DNA of 64,000 nucleotides from Candidatus Moraniibacteriota bacterium (GTDB taxonomy: Bacteria > Patescibacteriota > Minisyncoccia > Moranbacterales > GWC2-37-73): NCBI GenBank assembly GCA_003507445.1, contig DNVR01000019.1, positions 1,367 to 65,366 on the forward strand. The letters run 5' to 3'. Position 1 is the first letter of the stretch, and each line of letters begins with the position of its first letter. Of the stretch, positions 9,265 through 18,310 are shown piece by piece. The notes below the pieces were generated by a model that did no database searches, was not told where the DNA came from, and worked only from the letters and a program-made list of their open reading frames with translations. Position numbers and translations under genes: made by a program.

Positions 9265-10389
9265 ATGCTTTCTTATATTGAAATTTCCAAAGAAAATTTG
9301 CTGCATAATTTCGAATTGATTCGAGGGTATATTCATCCTGAAGCAAAAGTTATTTGTGTTATAAAAGCCAATGCGTATGGGCATGGTCAAAATGAAGTTG
9401 CACAAATTCTTGAAAATTATGCTGATTATTTTCAAGTTGATGATGCTCAAGAATTAAAATTGCTGAGAGAAGTTTCTAAAAAGAAAATTTTAGTCCTGGG
9501 CTTTGTGGCTGAAAATGAAATAGAAGAGGCTTTGCGATTGGATGGGATTTTGGCTGTGTATGATTTGAAGCAAGTTGAAAAAATTAGTGAGATTGCAAAA
9601 AAGCTTAATAAAAATGCCATTATTCATATCAAAATAGACGCTTGTCTTGGAAGACAAGGCGTGCTCGTGGAGGATGCGCAAAAATTTGCTCAAGATATTT
9701 TGAAATTTGAAAATATTGAAGTGGATGGAATTTATTCTCATTTTGCAAACATTGAGGATACGAGCGATTTTTCACACGCGCAAAAACAAATCGATGCTTA
9801 TCGAAAAGCGCTGGAAATATTTTCCGAAGCTGGTTTTAAGGATGTAAAATCGCACATTTCTTCTACTGCCGGAACTTTGGTATATGAAAAAAATGAGTTG
9901 CAATCTTCTTTGGTAAGATTAGGTATTGGCCTGTATGGCTTGTGGCCATCTGTTGAATTGAAAAATAAATTTGAAAAAAATGATTTCAAGTTAAAACCTG
10001 CTTTGCGCTGGGTAACTCATATTGCGCAGGTTAAAACGCTTCCAGCGAATTATTCGATTGGATATGGGCTTACGTATATTACATCAAAAGAAATGAAGGT
10101 GGCGGTAATTCCACAAGGTTATAGCGATGGATATGACAGAGGACTTTCAAATGTTGGCGAAGTTTTGATAAAGGGCACTCGCTGTAAGATTTTGGGTCGC
10201 GTGGCGATGAATATGTTTGTGGTGGATGTTTCGCACCTTGCTGATGTTGCAGTTGAAGAAGAGGTTGTTTTGCTGGGAAAGCAAGGGGAGGAGGAAGTAA
10301 CAGCAGAAGAAATAGCTGAAAAAACAGGAACGATAAATTATGAAGTTGTGGCGAGAATTTCTGCTCTGCTGCAGCGCATCGTCTTGTAG
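9265..10389 (+). CDS. alr: Alanine racemase
   Basis: VIKANAYGHG PLP-lysine motif, GYGLTY, GYSDG, GRVAMN, GTINYE. Confidence 0.95.
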   Translation: MLSYIEISKENLLHNFELIRGYIHPEAKVICVIKANAYGHGQNEVAQILENYADYFQVDDAQELKLLREVSKKKILVLGFVAENEIEEALRLDGILAVYDLKQVEKISEIAKKLNKNAIIHIKIDACLGRQGVLVEDAQKFAQDILKFENIEVDGIYSHFANIEDTSDFSHAQKQIDAYRKALEIFSEAGFKDVKSHISSTAGTLVYEKNELQSSLVRLGIGLYGLWPSVELKNKFEKNDFKLKPALRWVTHIAQVKTLPANYSIGYGLTYITSKEMKVAVIPQGYSDGYDRGLSNVGEVLIKGTRCKILGRVAMNMFVVDVSHLADVAVEEEVVLLGKQGEEEVTAEEIAEKTGTINYEVVARISALLQRIVL

Positions 10390-10460
10390 GATAAATGCTT
10401 TTTTTTGAAAAGTTAAATCTAAATGTCGCGTATGTAAATATATGCGCGCTGAGATGAAAA

Positions 10461-11069
10461 ATGGAAAAAGAAAAAGAATTGAACATATACGCTGAAAAAA
10501 CTGATGAACAACTCGTCGCGCTAACGCTCAAAGACGAGAATTTTTATGCAATTTTGATTGAGCGATATGAAGAAAAACTTACGAGGTATATTTTGAGAAT
10601 TTCCGGAGGATCGAAAGAAGATGTCGAAGACACTTTGCAAGACGTCTTTATTAGCGCATATAAAAATCTTAATGATTTTGATCCTGATTTGAAATTTTCT
10701 TCTTGGATTTATCGCATCGCTCATAATAAAGTCATTAGTCATTTCAGAAAAATAACAGCGCGTCCAAAAACAGTGACATATGAAGGAGATGGGCAACTGC
10801 TTAATATTTTGGCTAGCGATCTTGATATTGCCAGAGATTTGGAAAGGAAATATACAGGAGAAGAAGTCAGGAGCATTCTTGAGGAGTTGGATGAAAAATA
10901 TAGGGAAGTTTTGGTTCTTAAGTTTTTGGAGGAAAAGGATTACAAGGAAATTTCTGATATTTTGGAAAAACCAATGGGAACAGTGGCAACACTTATAAAC
11001 AGGGCTAAAAAACAATTCAAAGAAAAATCACTGAGACGGGAAGCACAAACTCTAAAACCTAGAACCTAA
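10461..11069 (+). CDS. ECF RNA polymerase sigma factor
   Basis: Region 2 (EDTLQDVF...FSSWIYRIAHN) and region 4 (YKEISDILEKPMGTVATLINRAK). Confidence 0.9.
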   Translation: MEKEKELNIYAEKTDEQLVALTLKDENFYAILIERYEEKLTRYILRISGGSKEDVEDTLQDVFISAYKNLNDFDPDLKFSSWIYRIAHNKVISHFRKITARPKTVTYEGDGQLLNILASDLDIARDLERKYTGEEVRSILEELDEKYREVLVLKFLEEKDYKEISDILEKPMGTVATLINRAKKQFKEKSLRREAQTLKPRT

Positions 11070-11087
11070 TACCTAAAACCTAAAAAA

Positions 11088-11897
11088 ATGACAAAATTCA
11101 GTGAAAGTATTATTGGCAAAATCAAGTGCGAGCACATCGCTCCTGTTCCAAGGTGGCATTTTTTGCTTAAGGGTGGTGTTTTTTGGACACTCTTTGGATT
11201 TTCGATGATATTAGGAAGTCTTTCTTTTAGTGTTATTGTGCATATTGTGAGATCCGGAGATTTTGGAGTTTGCGATCATTTGCAAGGAAATTTAATAACT
11301 TCAGCCGTGATGCTCCTTCCTTATTTCTGGCTCGTTTTCCTAACCCTTTTTATAATAGTTGCTTATATTAACTGGAAATGTACCAAGAATGGATATCGCT
11401 TTAGAAGGCGTTGGATAATTTTAGTTGGGATATTGCTCAGTATCATTTTCGGCATTATTTTTTATGCCATTGGAATGGCAACAAAAGTTGATAATTTGAT
11501 GACCAAAACCATTCCTCTCTATGACATATCAAAACATAATGCACGTAAGGAGCTTTGGCTTCAACCTGAAAGTGGTTTGCTTATTGGAAAAATTATTGAA
11601 ATAGATGAGGTTGAAGAAAAAATTGTTCTTAAGGATGAAGAAGGAAGGGAATGGATTGTTGCGGACAGGGCTGTTGGTTGGGAGGATGATGACTTAGAAA
11701 GAAAGGGAAAGATTATTAAGGTTGTTGGCAAAAAAATAGGAGAATCTGAATTTGAAGCCAATGAAATTAGGAGATGTAATGATTGCCAAGACGATGAAGA
11801 TATGGGAGAAGTTGATGAAGAATTGGCGAAAAAAGAAGCTTCTAAGAATACCCATCGAAATATTATTATAGACGAGGAGGATTCAAGAGAAGAATAA
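11088..11897 (+). CDS. Membrane protein, putative anti-sigma factor
   Basis: Three TM segments plus a soluble C-terminal domain, directly downstream of the ECF sigma gene. Confidence 0.55.
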   Translation: MTKFSESIIGKIKCEHIAPVPRWHFLLKGGVFWTLFGFSMILGSLSFSVIVHIVRSGDFGVCDHLQGNLITSAVMLLPYFWLVFLTLFIIVAYINWKCTKNGYRFRRRWIILVGILLSIIFGIIFYAIGMATKVDNLMTKTIPLYDISKHNARKELWLQPESGLLIGKIIEIDEVEEKIVLKDEEGREWIVADRAVGWEDDDLERKGKIIKVVGKKIGESEFEANEIRRCNDCQDDEDMGEVDEELAKKEASKNTHRNIIIDEEDSREE

Positions 11898-11912
11898 GAT
11901 TGGTTTTTTTTC

Positions 11913-13088
11913 TTATTTTATCAATTCAGTTTTTTCTAATGCTTGCTTGATTAGTGTTGGAATGTCCAATTCTTTTTCTGCTTCTAAAACCTCCCAAAGT
12001 TTTGCTCGCGTTTCTGGTTTTTTGGGCATCAAACGAGTGCAGCAATCATCATGAGGTTGAATGGAAATATCGTAAGTGCCAATAGTCTTGGCTTTTTGCA
12101 TAATTTCTTCTTTGTCCACTCCGATTAGCGGTCTAAAAATTGGTAAAGTTGCAGCCTCGCTCACTGCTAAAATGTTTTCGAGTGTTTGCGAAGCTACTTG
12201 TCCGATTGAATCTCCCGTGATGAGTGCCAAGCACTTTTCTTTTTTAGCAAGAACTTCGGCAATGCGAATCATCATTCGGCGATAAAGAATTACGCGAAAT
12301 CTTTCCGGAGTTTTCATCATAATTTCTTTTTGCACGTCGGCAAATGGAATTAGATATAATCTGGTGGAGCTGCCAAATTTTTTAAGTTCTTGAGAAAGTG
12401 CGATTACTTTTTCTATGGAAGCTTTGGATGTGTATGGTGCGCTGTGAAAATGAGCATAGCGAAGTTGCACTCCGCGCCTGAGTATTTGAAAAGCGGCCAC
12501 GGGAGAATCAAATCCGCCAGAAAGCATCGCCATAGCTTTGTTTCCAGTGCCAACTGGCATCCCGCCAATCCCAGAAATTTTTTCAAGCGATACAAGTGCA
12601 AACTCATTAAGAATAAAAATTTTGCATTCGCAGTCGGGGTTTTTCATGCTGACCGATTTTTCTCCGTTCAATTTATCATAAATATATCCCCCAACTTCGC
12701 GATTGATTTCCTCTGAAGTCATTGGAAAATTTTTATTGGATCTTTGCGTTGTCACGCGGAAAGTTTCAAATTTTTCTTTGCTCATCATCTTCCAACAGAA
12801 AGTTTTTAAGGTCTCAATGTCTTGTGGAACACTGGTTGCGAAAGAAAAATTAGCAATACCAGGGGTATGCATCAGTGCGTTTTTAATCTCATTTGGATTT
12901 TTGAGACCATTCTCATTTAATTTAATCAAGATCCCACCAGACATTTTTTTAACATAGTCAAAACCACTCGGACAAAAATTGTTGAGTTGAGATTTGATAT
13001 TTTCAATCAATTGCTTCTCAAAGAAGTTGCGATTTCCGCCTTTGAGGGCAATTTCACCATAATGTATGAGAATGTGATCTTGTTTCAT
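11913..13088 (-). CDS. thiI: tRNA 4-thiouridine synthase ThiI (no rhodanese domain)
   Basis: HYGEIALKGGNR, THUMP region, PP-loop LSGGFDSPVA, GQVASQT, DDCC. Confidence 0.95.
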   Translation of the reverse strand: MKQDHILIHYGEIALKGGNRNFFEKQLIENIKSQLNNFCPSGFDYVKKMSGGILIKLNENGLKNPNEIKNALMHTPGIANFSFATSVPQDIETLKTFCWKMMSKEKFETFRVTTQRSNKNFPMTSEEINREVGGYIYDKLNGEKSVSMKNPDCECKIFILNEFALVSLEKISGIGGMPVGTGNKAMAMLSGGFDSPVAAFQILRRGVQLRYAHFHSAPYTSKASIEKVIALSQELKKFGSSTRLYLIPFADVQKEIMMKTPERFRVILYRRMMIRIAEVLAKKEKCLALITGDSIGQVASQTLENILAVSEAATLPIFRPLIGVDKEEIMQKAKTIGTYDISIQPHDDCCTRLMPKKPETRAKLWEVLEAEKELDIPTLIKQALEKTELIK

Positions 13089-13270
13089 AAACCTATTGAT
13101 AACACGAAAAAAGGCACAAGTAAAGAAGATACAGTCTTTTCAACTAAGGTTTAGATGTGCAAAAATCCTTTTTTGCTTACAGGTGCATTCTCAAATCGCT
13201 GCGAGGCAGTCAAGAGAGCGAAGCCGAGTGATCTTGACGGTCGAGGTAGATTTGATATTTGATTGGCTCA

Positions 13271-13299
13271 TAGACAGGAGGCTAAAAATCTGCTATAAT
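13271..13299 (+). promoter_or_regulatory. Sigma70-type promoter
   Basis: TAGACA-17 nt-TATAAT with extended -10 TG. Confidence 0.6.
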
Positions 13300-13373
13300 G
13301 GATATAGTTATTTGAAAAGACGGGTGCAAAGCCTGTCTTTTTGTCTTTTTATAAACCAATAACAAACAAAAAT

Positions 13374-13577
13374 ATGAATTTTGATCAACCATTCTTAGAA
13401 CCTGTCAAAAAGCCGATAAGCAGGAGGGAATTTTTGACGGGGGAATGGGATGACCAAGAAGAATCAAAAAAGAAATTAGCAGACGAATCAAAAGATGAGA
13501 TTGATAAGATTGTTGATGGTATAAAAGAAAAGGAAATTAGCCGCAGAAATTTATTGACTGGCAAATGGTTCAACTAA
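13374..13577 (+). CDS. Small protein with two twin-arginine-like motifs
   Basis: ATG at 13374; ISRREFLTGEW and ISRRNLLTGKW. Confidence 0.6.
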   Translation: MNFDQPFLEPVKKPISRREFLTGEWDDQEESKKKLADESKDEIDKIVDGIKEKEISRRNLLTGKWFN

Positions 13578-13599
13578 AAAATAAGATTGCAAAGCTATT

Positions 13600-15144
13600 A
13601 TGGAAAAATTTGAATCCCATTTTGATGCTAGTGCAGAATTAAAAAATGTAAGACATTTGGATGATAATGAAAAGGAGTTGTCCAAGGAGGACAGATTGAA
13701 ATTGAGAAAAGAAAGACTCGAGGATATTAAAAAAAAATTGGCAGACCAAATGATAGGAATTGCACAAACGAATGCTGGACTTGAAAGTCTTGTTTTTTCA
13801 GGTGAGGAATTGACTATAGAAAAATTGAACGACTTTCTTGAAAAATCCATTTTAGTTCACAAACTTGCCCCCTGGCAGATTGAATATTACAAAAAAGCGA
13901 TTGAAAGGGTTGTCGAAAGAAACATCTTGGTGAATAGATTTTTTGCAGAAAATTGCGAAGGAAAAACAGATGAGGAATTTTTTGAATTTATTTTTGATAA
14001 AAAACCACACGGTAAAATTTTAATTGAAAAAGGAGCTCTTTGCCCAATAATAACTTGCTGTGAAGAAGATTTTTCATATATACGCTCACTTAATTTTGTA
14101 GAAAAAATGAACTCAGGCGATAATGGTGGCATAAATAGTAAACAGGTACAAAATATAGTTGGCGTAATGATGCGATTTTCTCCAGATGTTTATCCTAAAT
14201 TTGTCTCCTTCGGAAGCACGCTCGTTGTTGTAAAACTGCCCGGCAATACTGAAGAAAAAACTGCCGGAACTATTATTCACGAAGAAAAACACGTTCTGGA
14301 CAGGATGGTATTTTCAGATGAAAAGCGTAACATTGCTGAGAAAACACAGGCTGATCTGACGAAGATGGTGGAAGGCTTCAATGACATTTCCGATGAAGAG
14401 CTTGATCACTTAAGTCCCAAAGAGTTTGTTGAACGCTTTACAATCAAGCCTATCGAAAAGCAGCTAGATGGGTTGCGAAAAATTTCTGAAGAAATTGCCA
14501 GAGAAGAGATTCTTGCTTATTACAAGGAGGGTTTTAATGTAGATCATCTTTATGCAATTCTTTCTAGTTCGTATGAGGGAACTGGCTATGGCGTTATTGA
14601 CGAGATGACTATACGGGGATTTGAGCAACACCTTGAGACATTTTCAGGTGTCGAGCAAGAAAAGAAAATTGCATTGGAATTTTTTAAAGATATACATAAA
14701 AAAGAAGAACAAGATTATACTAAGCATCTGTCGAGGGGAATAGATGCGATAAGAAGACTTGAAAATATAGGAATTTCAAGAGGTGAAATTATTGGACTTT
14801 TTGAAACTGAGTCGCTTGCAAATTGGAATAAAATTTTTGAGAGAATAGAAAAAAGTGATGTGTATTCAAAAAAACGTAATATACATTCATTGGAACTGTA
14901 TCTAAAAAGCACTGAAGATAATATTGAAAGTCATAAAGAAATTATAGCTGAAGCATTGCAGCAATTAGAAGAACCCTCTGAGAGAAACCATCTTTACAGC
15001 TTTTGGCAAAATTATCACAAGCAAAAATATGCAACATATGAAGATGCTTTGAAATTTTTTCTTGAGTCCAACAAAAAGTATCTTGACGAGTCATTGGCAA
15101 GGAAAAGAGAATTGAAGCAGCAAATATCTGAGCTTGAAAAATAG
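13600..15144 (+). CDS. Hypothetical protein (HExxH motif, coiled coils)
   Basis: 514-aa ORF containing IIHEEKH. Confidence 0.7.
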   Translation: MEKFESHFDASAELKNVRHLDDNEKELSKEDRLKLRKERLEDIKKKLADQMIGIAQTNAGLESLVFSGEELTIEKLNDFLEKSILVHKLAPWQIEYYKKAIERVVERNILVNRFFAENCEGKTDEEFFEFIFDKKPHGKILIEKGALCPIITCCEEDFSYIRSLNFVEKMNSGDNGGINSKQVQNIVGVMMRFSPDVYPKFVSFGSTLVVVKLPGNTEEKTAGTIIHEEKHVLDRMVFSDEKRNIAEKTQADLTKMVEGFNDISDEELDHLSPKEFVERFTIKPIEKQLDGLRKISEEIAREEILAYYKEGFNVDHLYAILSSSYEGTGYGVIDEMTIRGFEQHLETFSGVEQEKKIALEFFKDIHKKEEQDYTKHLSRGIDAIRRLENIGISRGEIIGLFETESLANWNKIFERIEKSDVYSKKRNIHSLELYLKSTEDNIESHKEIIAEALQQLEEPSERNHLYSFWQNYHKQKYATYEDALKFFLESNKKYLDESLARKRELKQQISELEK

Positions 15145-15499
15145 CAGCTGCTTGAGAAAAATTCCAGACACGTTTTTAATTTTAGTGATTTCAGCTCTGA
15201 TTGCAACAGGACTTGAAAAAATTGATTCTTGCATTATGTGGGGGTATATTGAACTGATTTAATAAACCAGTTTTTTATATGCAGAAAAGGTTAGATGAAG
15301 TCGTAGAAAAATTTAAAAGTAGTTAAATAACTCTCGAAGCATACTGGGCTATTTGTGATTTTGCAAAAATAATTGAAACACGTTCTAAATTTGTTGAAGA
15401 AGCTGTATTGTTGCCTTCTTTTTTATTGCCTAAATTAAGTATTTACTGTACGATTTACTTTATGAACTTTTAACTTTAGAATTTTACGAACTTAAATTT

Positions 15500-16552
15500 A
15501 TGGCTTTACAAATAGGAATTGTGGGGTTGCCAAATGTGGGGAAATCAACCCTTTTTAAGGCATTAACGGAAAATCCAGTAGAAATTAGCAATTATCCATT
15601 TTGCACTATTGAACCTAATGTTGGTGTGGTAAAGGTGCCAGATGAGCGCTTGGATAAACTGTCGATAATGTCAGAAACAGAAAAAATCGTGCCAGCAGTG
15701 GTGGAATTTGTGGATATCGCTGGAATTGTGAAGGGGGCATCTGAGGGAGAAGGTTTGGGCAACAAATTTTTGGCTAATATTAGGGAAGTTGACGCAATTG
15801 CTCAAGTTGTGCGAGTTTTTGAAAATTCTAATATTACTCACGTGCATAACAAAGTTGACCCTCTTGAAGACATCGAAATCATCAATACTGAGCTTATTTT
15901 GGCAGATCTTGAAACCGTGACAAAAAGAATGGAAAAATTGGCCAAAGATGCACGTGGAAATGATAAAGAGGCTCAATTCAAGCTTATCATAGCGGAAAAA
16001 ATTAAAAATACCTTAGAAAAAGGTCTTTTGGCTAATATGACAGACATTGATTTTGAGGACCAAAACACCAAAATTGCCGTGCGAGAGCTGCAATTGCTCA
16101 CAATGAAGCCATTTTTGTATGTCTATAATGTTTCTGATGTTAATGAAAAATTGCCGGATATTTTGGAAAACAGAAGGCACGTTAAGTTGGACATTAAAAT
16201 TGAGGAAGAATTGATTGAGATGAGTGAGGAGGAAAAGGCTGAAATGGAGCTAACTTCCCACATTAATGATTTGATTGTTGAGGCGTACGACTTGTTGGGG
16301 CTGCAAACATTTATCACTACTGGAAAAATTGAAACAAGAGCTTGGACAATAAAAAAAGGTGCTACGGCGCCCGAAGCAGGCGCTGCAATTCACACTGATT
16401 TTCAAGAAAAATTCATTCGAGCCGATGTTATTATGTGGGACAAACTACTCGAAATCGGTTCCTGGGGTAAGGCTAAAGAATTAGGCGCGGTTAAAACTGT
16501 TGGCAGGGATTATGTGATGACAGATGGGGAGGTAGTAGAATTTAAAGTTTAA
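15500..16552 (+). CDS. ychF: Redox-regulated ATPase YchF
   Basis: [39 protein letters not shown]. Confidence 0.97.
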   Translation: MALQIGIVGLPNVGKSTLFKALTENPVEISNYPFCTIEPNVGVVKVPDERLDKLSIMSETEKIVPAVVEFVDIAGIVKGASEGEGLGNKFLANIREVDAIAQVVRVFENSNITHVHNKVDPLEDIEIINTELILADLETVTKRMEKLAKDARGNDKEAQFKLIIAEKIKNTLEKGLLANMTDIDFEDQNTKIAVRELQLLTMKPFLYVYNVSDVNEKLPDILENRRHVKLDIKIEEELIEMSEEEKAEMELTSHINDLIVEAYDLLGLQTFITTGKIETRAWTIKKGATAPEAGAAIHTDFQEKFIRADVIMWDKLLEIGSWGKAKELGAVKTVGRDYVMTDGEVVEFKV

Positions 16553-16580
16553 TCGCCAGCTGGCGATTAAACTTTAAATT
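16539..16580. repeat. Perfect 42-bp palindrome overlapping the ychF stop
   Basis: AATTTAAAGTTTAATCGCCAG|CTGGCGATTAAACTTTAAATT. Confidence 0.9.
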
Positions 16581-16777
16581 AATTTCCAAATCCCAAATCC
16601 CAATTTCCAAACAATAAGTTTCTTACTTTCTTAAAAGTGCTAGCGCAAGCTAGTCTTTTTGTATTTTTGGTATATGTTTTATGTTCCATGCTTTATGACT
16701 CTTTACTGTTTTATGTTATATGATTTTGTGATATAATTGTGATAAGAATGAAACTGCTAAATATCTTATAAAATATA

Positions 16778-17758
16778 ATGATAAATTTAAAACAAAGAAT
16801 TTACGATGAGCTGAATTTAAAAAAACAAGCTGATGAGCTCGGGGTTAAAGTTTGGCAAGCGCCTAGTTTTTTGTTTATTGTGATGGGTTTTATTATTGTT
16901 GTTGCGATGACGGCGGTGTATGTTGTGTCTATAAATTATGATTATCCTGAGATTGTGGTAATCAGTGAATCTTTGGTGGTTGTTTTGCTTTTTACGATCG
17001 GGAGTTTTATTATCAGAACTGTGGAAGAAGTGGCCAAAGCAAACAAAATGAAAACAGAATTTGTTTCAATTGCTTCACATCAACTTAAAACTCCTATTTC
17101 TGAAATGAAATGGCAAATAGAGTTGTTGTTGATAAAATTTTCCACAGGACTCAGCGTTAAACAAACTGAAATAGTAAATGAAATTGCGCATTCAAGTGAA
17201 AAAATGGGAAGACTTGTTAATGATTTGTTGGATGTGGCTAGAATTGATCAGGGACAGTTGGCACTTGCCAAGGAAGAAATTAATTTTTGTGATTTGGTTG
17301 ATGATTCAGTTCAGTCGCAAAAGATTTTTGCTAAAGCCAGAAATATTGATTTGGCAACATCTTGCAATGTGGACAAGTTGATGGTGCTTGTCGATAAGAG
17401 ACGACTCTCTGTTGTGCTTGATAATCTTATTTCTAATGCGATTAAATATATTGATGGCAATGGTAAGGTGGAGGTTGTCGTTGAAAATGCTGATGGTTTT
17501 GCTCAAGTTTGCGTTAGGGATGATGGCGTGGGTATTCCAAAAAATGAACAAGATAATATTGCTAAGAAATTTTTTCGTAGCAATAATTCAATTAAAAATA
17601 GAACTGATGGAACTGGGCTTGGATTATATATAGCCAAAAATATCGTAGAGCAATCAGGTGGAAAGTTGTGGTTTAAATCAATTGAAAATGTTGGTAGTGA
17701 ATTTTATTTCTCAATTCCATTGGTTGATAATGAAAAAAATAATTTAAATTTTAAATAA
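16778..17758 (+). CDS. Sensor histidine kinase
   Basis: Two TMs, H-box SHQLKTP, N-box NLISNAIKY, G boxes DDGVGI and GTGLGL. Confidence 0.95.
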   Translation: MINLKQRIYDELNLKKQADELGVKVWQAPSFLFIVMGFIIVVAMTAVYVVSINYDYPEIVVISESLVVVLLFTIGSFIIRTVEEVAKANKMKTEFVSIASHQLKTPISEMKWQIELLLIKFSTGLSVKQTEIVNEIAHSSEKMGRLVNDLLDVARIDQGQLALAKEEINFCDLVDDSVQSQKIFAKARNIDLATSCNVDKLMVLVDKRRLSVVLDNLISNAIKYIDGNGKVEVVVENADGFAQVCVRDDGVGIPKNEQDNIAKKFFRSNNSIKNRTDGTGLGLYIAKNIVEQSGGKLWFKSIENVGSEFYFSIPLVDNEKNNLNFK

Positions 17759-17814
17759 AAATAATGTTCTTGATCGGTTCGAAAATATTTTCGTGTCGGT
17801 TGTGAGAAAAGTTT

Positions 17815-18186
17815 ATGGCAAAGTTATTGATTATTGAAGATGATCTTGTTCTGCAAAAAGCCCTTAGTGAATATCTCACCTCTGAAGGTTTTGAGGTTGA
17901 ATGTGCAGAAGATGGGGAAATTGGCGCCAAGTTGGCCTTAACTGGAAAACCAGATTTGATTTTGCTGGATATTGTTTTGCCAAAAAAAGATGGATATGCA
18001 GTGCTTGCAGAAGTGCGAGCAGATGAAAATTCAAAGAATATCCCTATAGTGCTGCTAACAAATCTCGGAAGTATTTCTGATGTTGAAAAGGCTTTGGAAT
18101 TGGGCGCAACGACTTATCTTGTAAAAGCTGATTATAAATTGGAAGAAGTTACTGCCAAAGTTAAAGAACTCTTGCATATCAAATAG
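17815..18186 (+). CDS. Single-domain response regulator
   Basis: IIEDD, LLDIVLP, LTN, YLVK. Confidence 0.95.
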   Translation: MAKLLIIEDDLVLQKALSEYLTSEGFEVECAEDGEIGAKLALTGKPDLILLDIVLPKKDGYAVLAEVRADENSKNIPIVLLTNLGSISDVEKALELGATTYLVKADYKLEEVTAKVKELLHIK

Positions 18187-18244
18187 CATAGGCTATAAAC
18201 GTACAAAAGGCGTACAAAAATACAAAAATACAAAAATACAAAAA

Positions 18245-18287
18245 CCCCAGTTAAATAGTGAGGGTTACCGTAATTTAACGGGGTAAA
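18245..18287. repeat. Palindromic hairpin element (copy B)
   Basis: CCCCAGTTAAAT-agtgagggttaccgta-ATTTAACGGGG-TAAA, preceded by AAAATACA octamer repeats. Confidence 0.85.
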
Positions 18288-18310
18288 CAAAAATAAAAAA
18301 CAGAAATCCC

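Noticed and set aside
13315-13341. Possible c-di-GMP-I riboswitch (GCAAAGCC)
   Set aside because: Only a short motif matches; the two-stem architecture is not evident.
13096-13362. 88-aa ORF in the thiI divergent region
   Set aside because: It spans promoter and hairpin elements and has no recognisable protein features.
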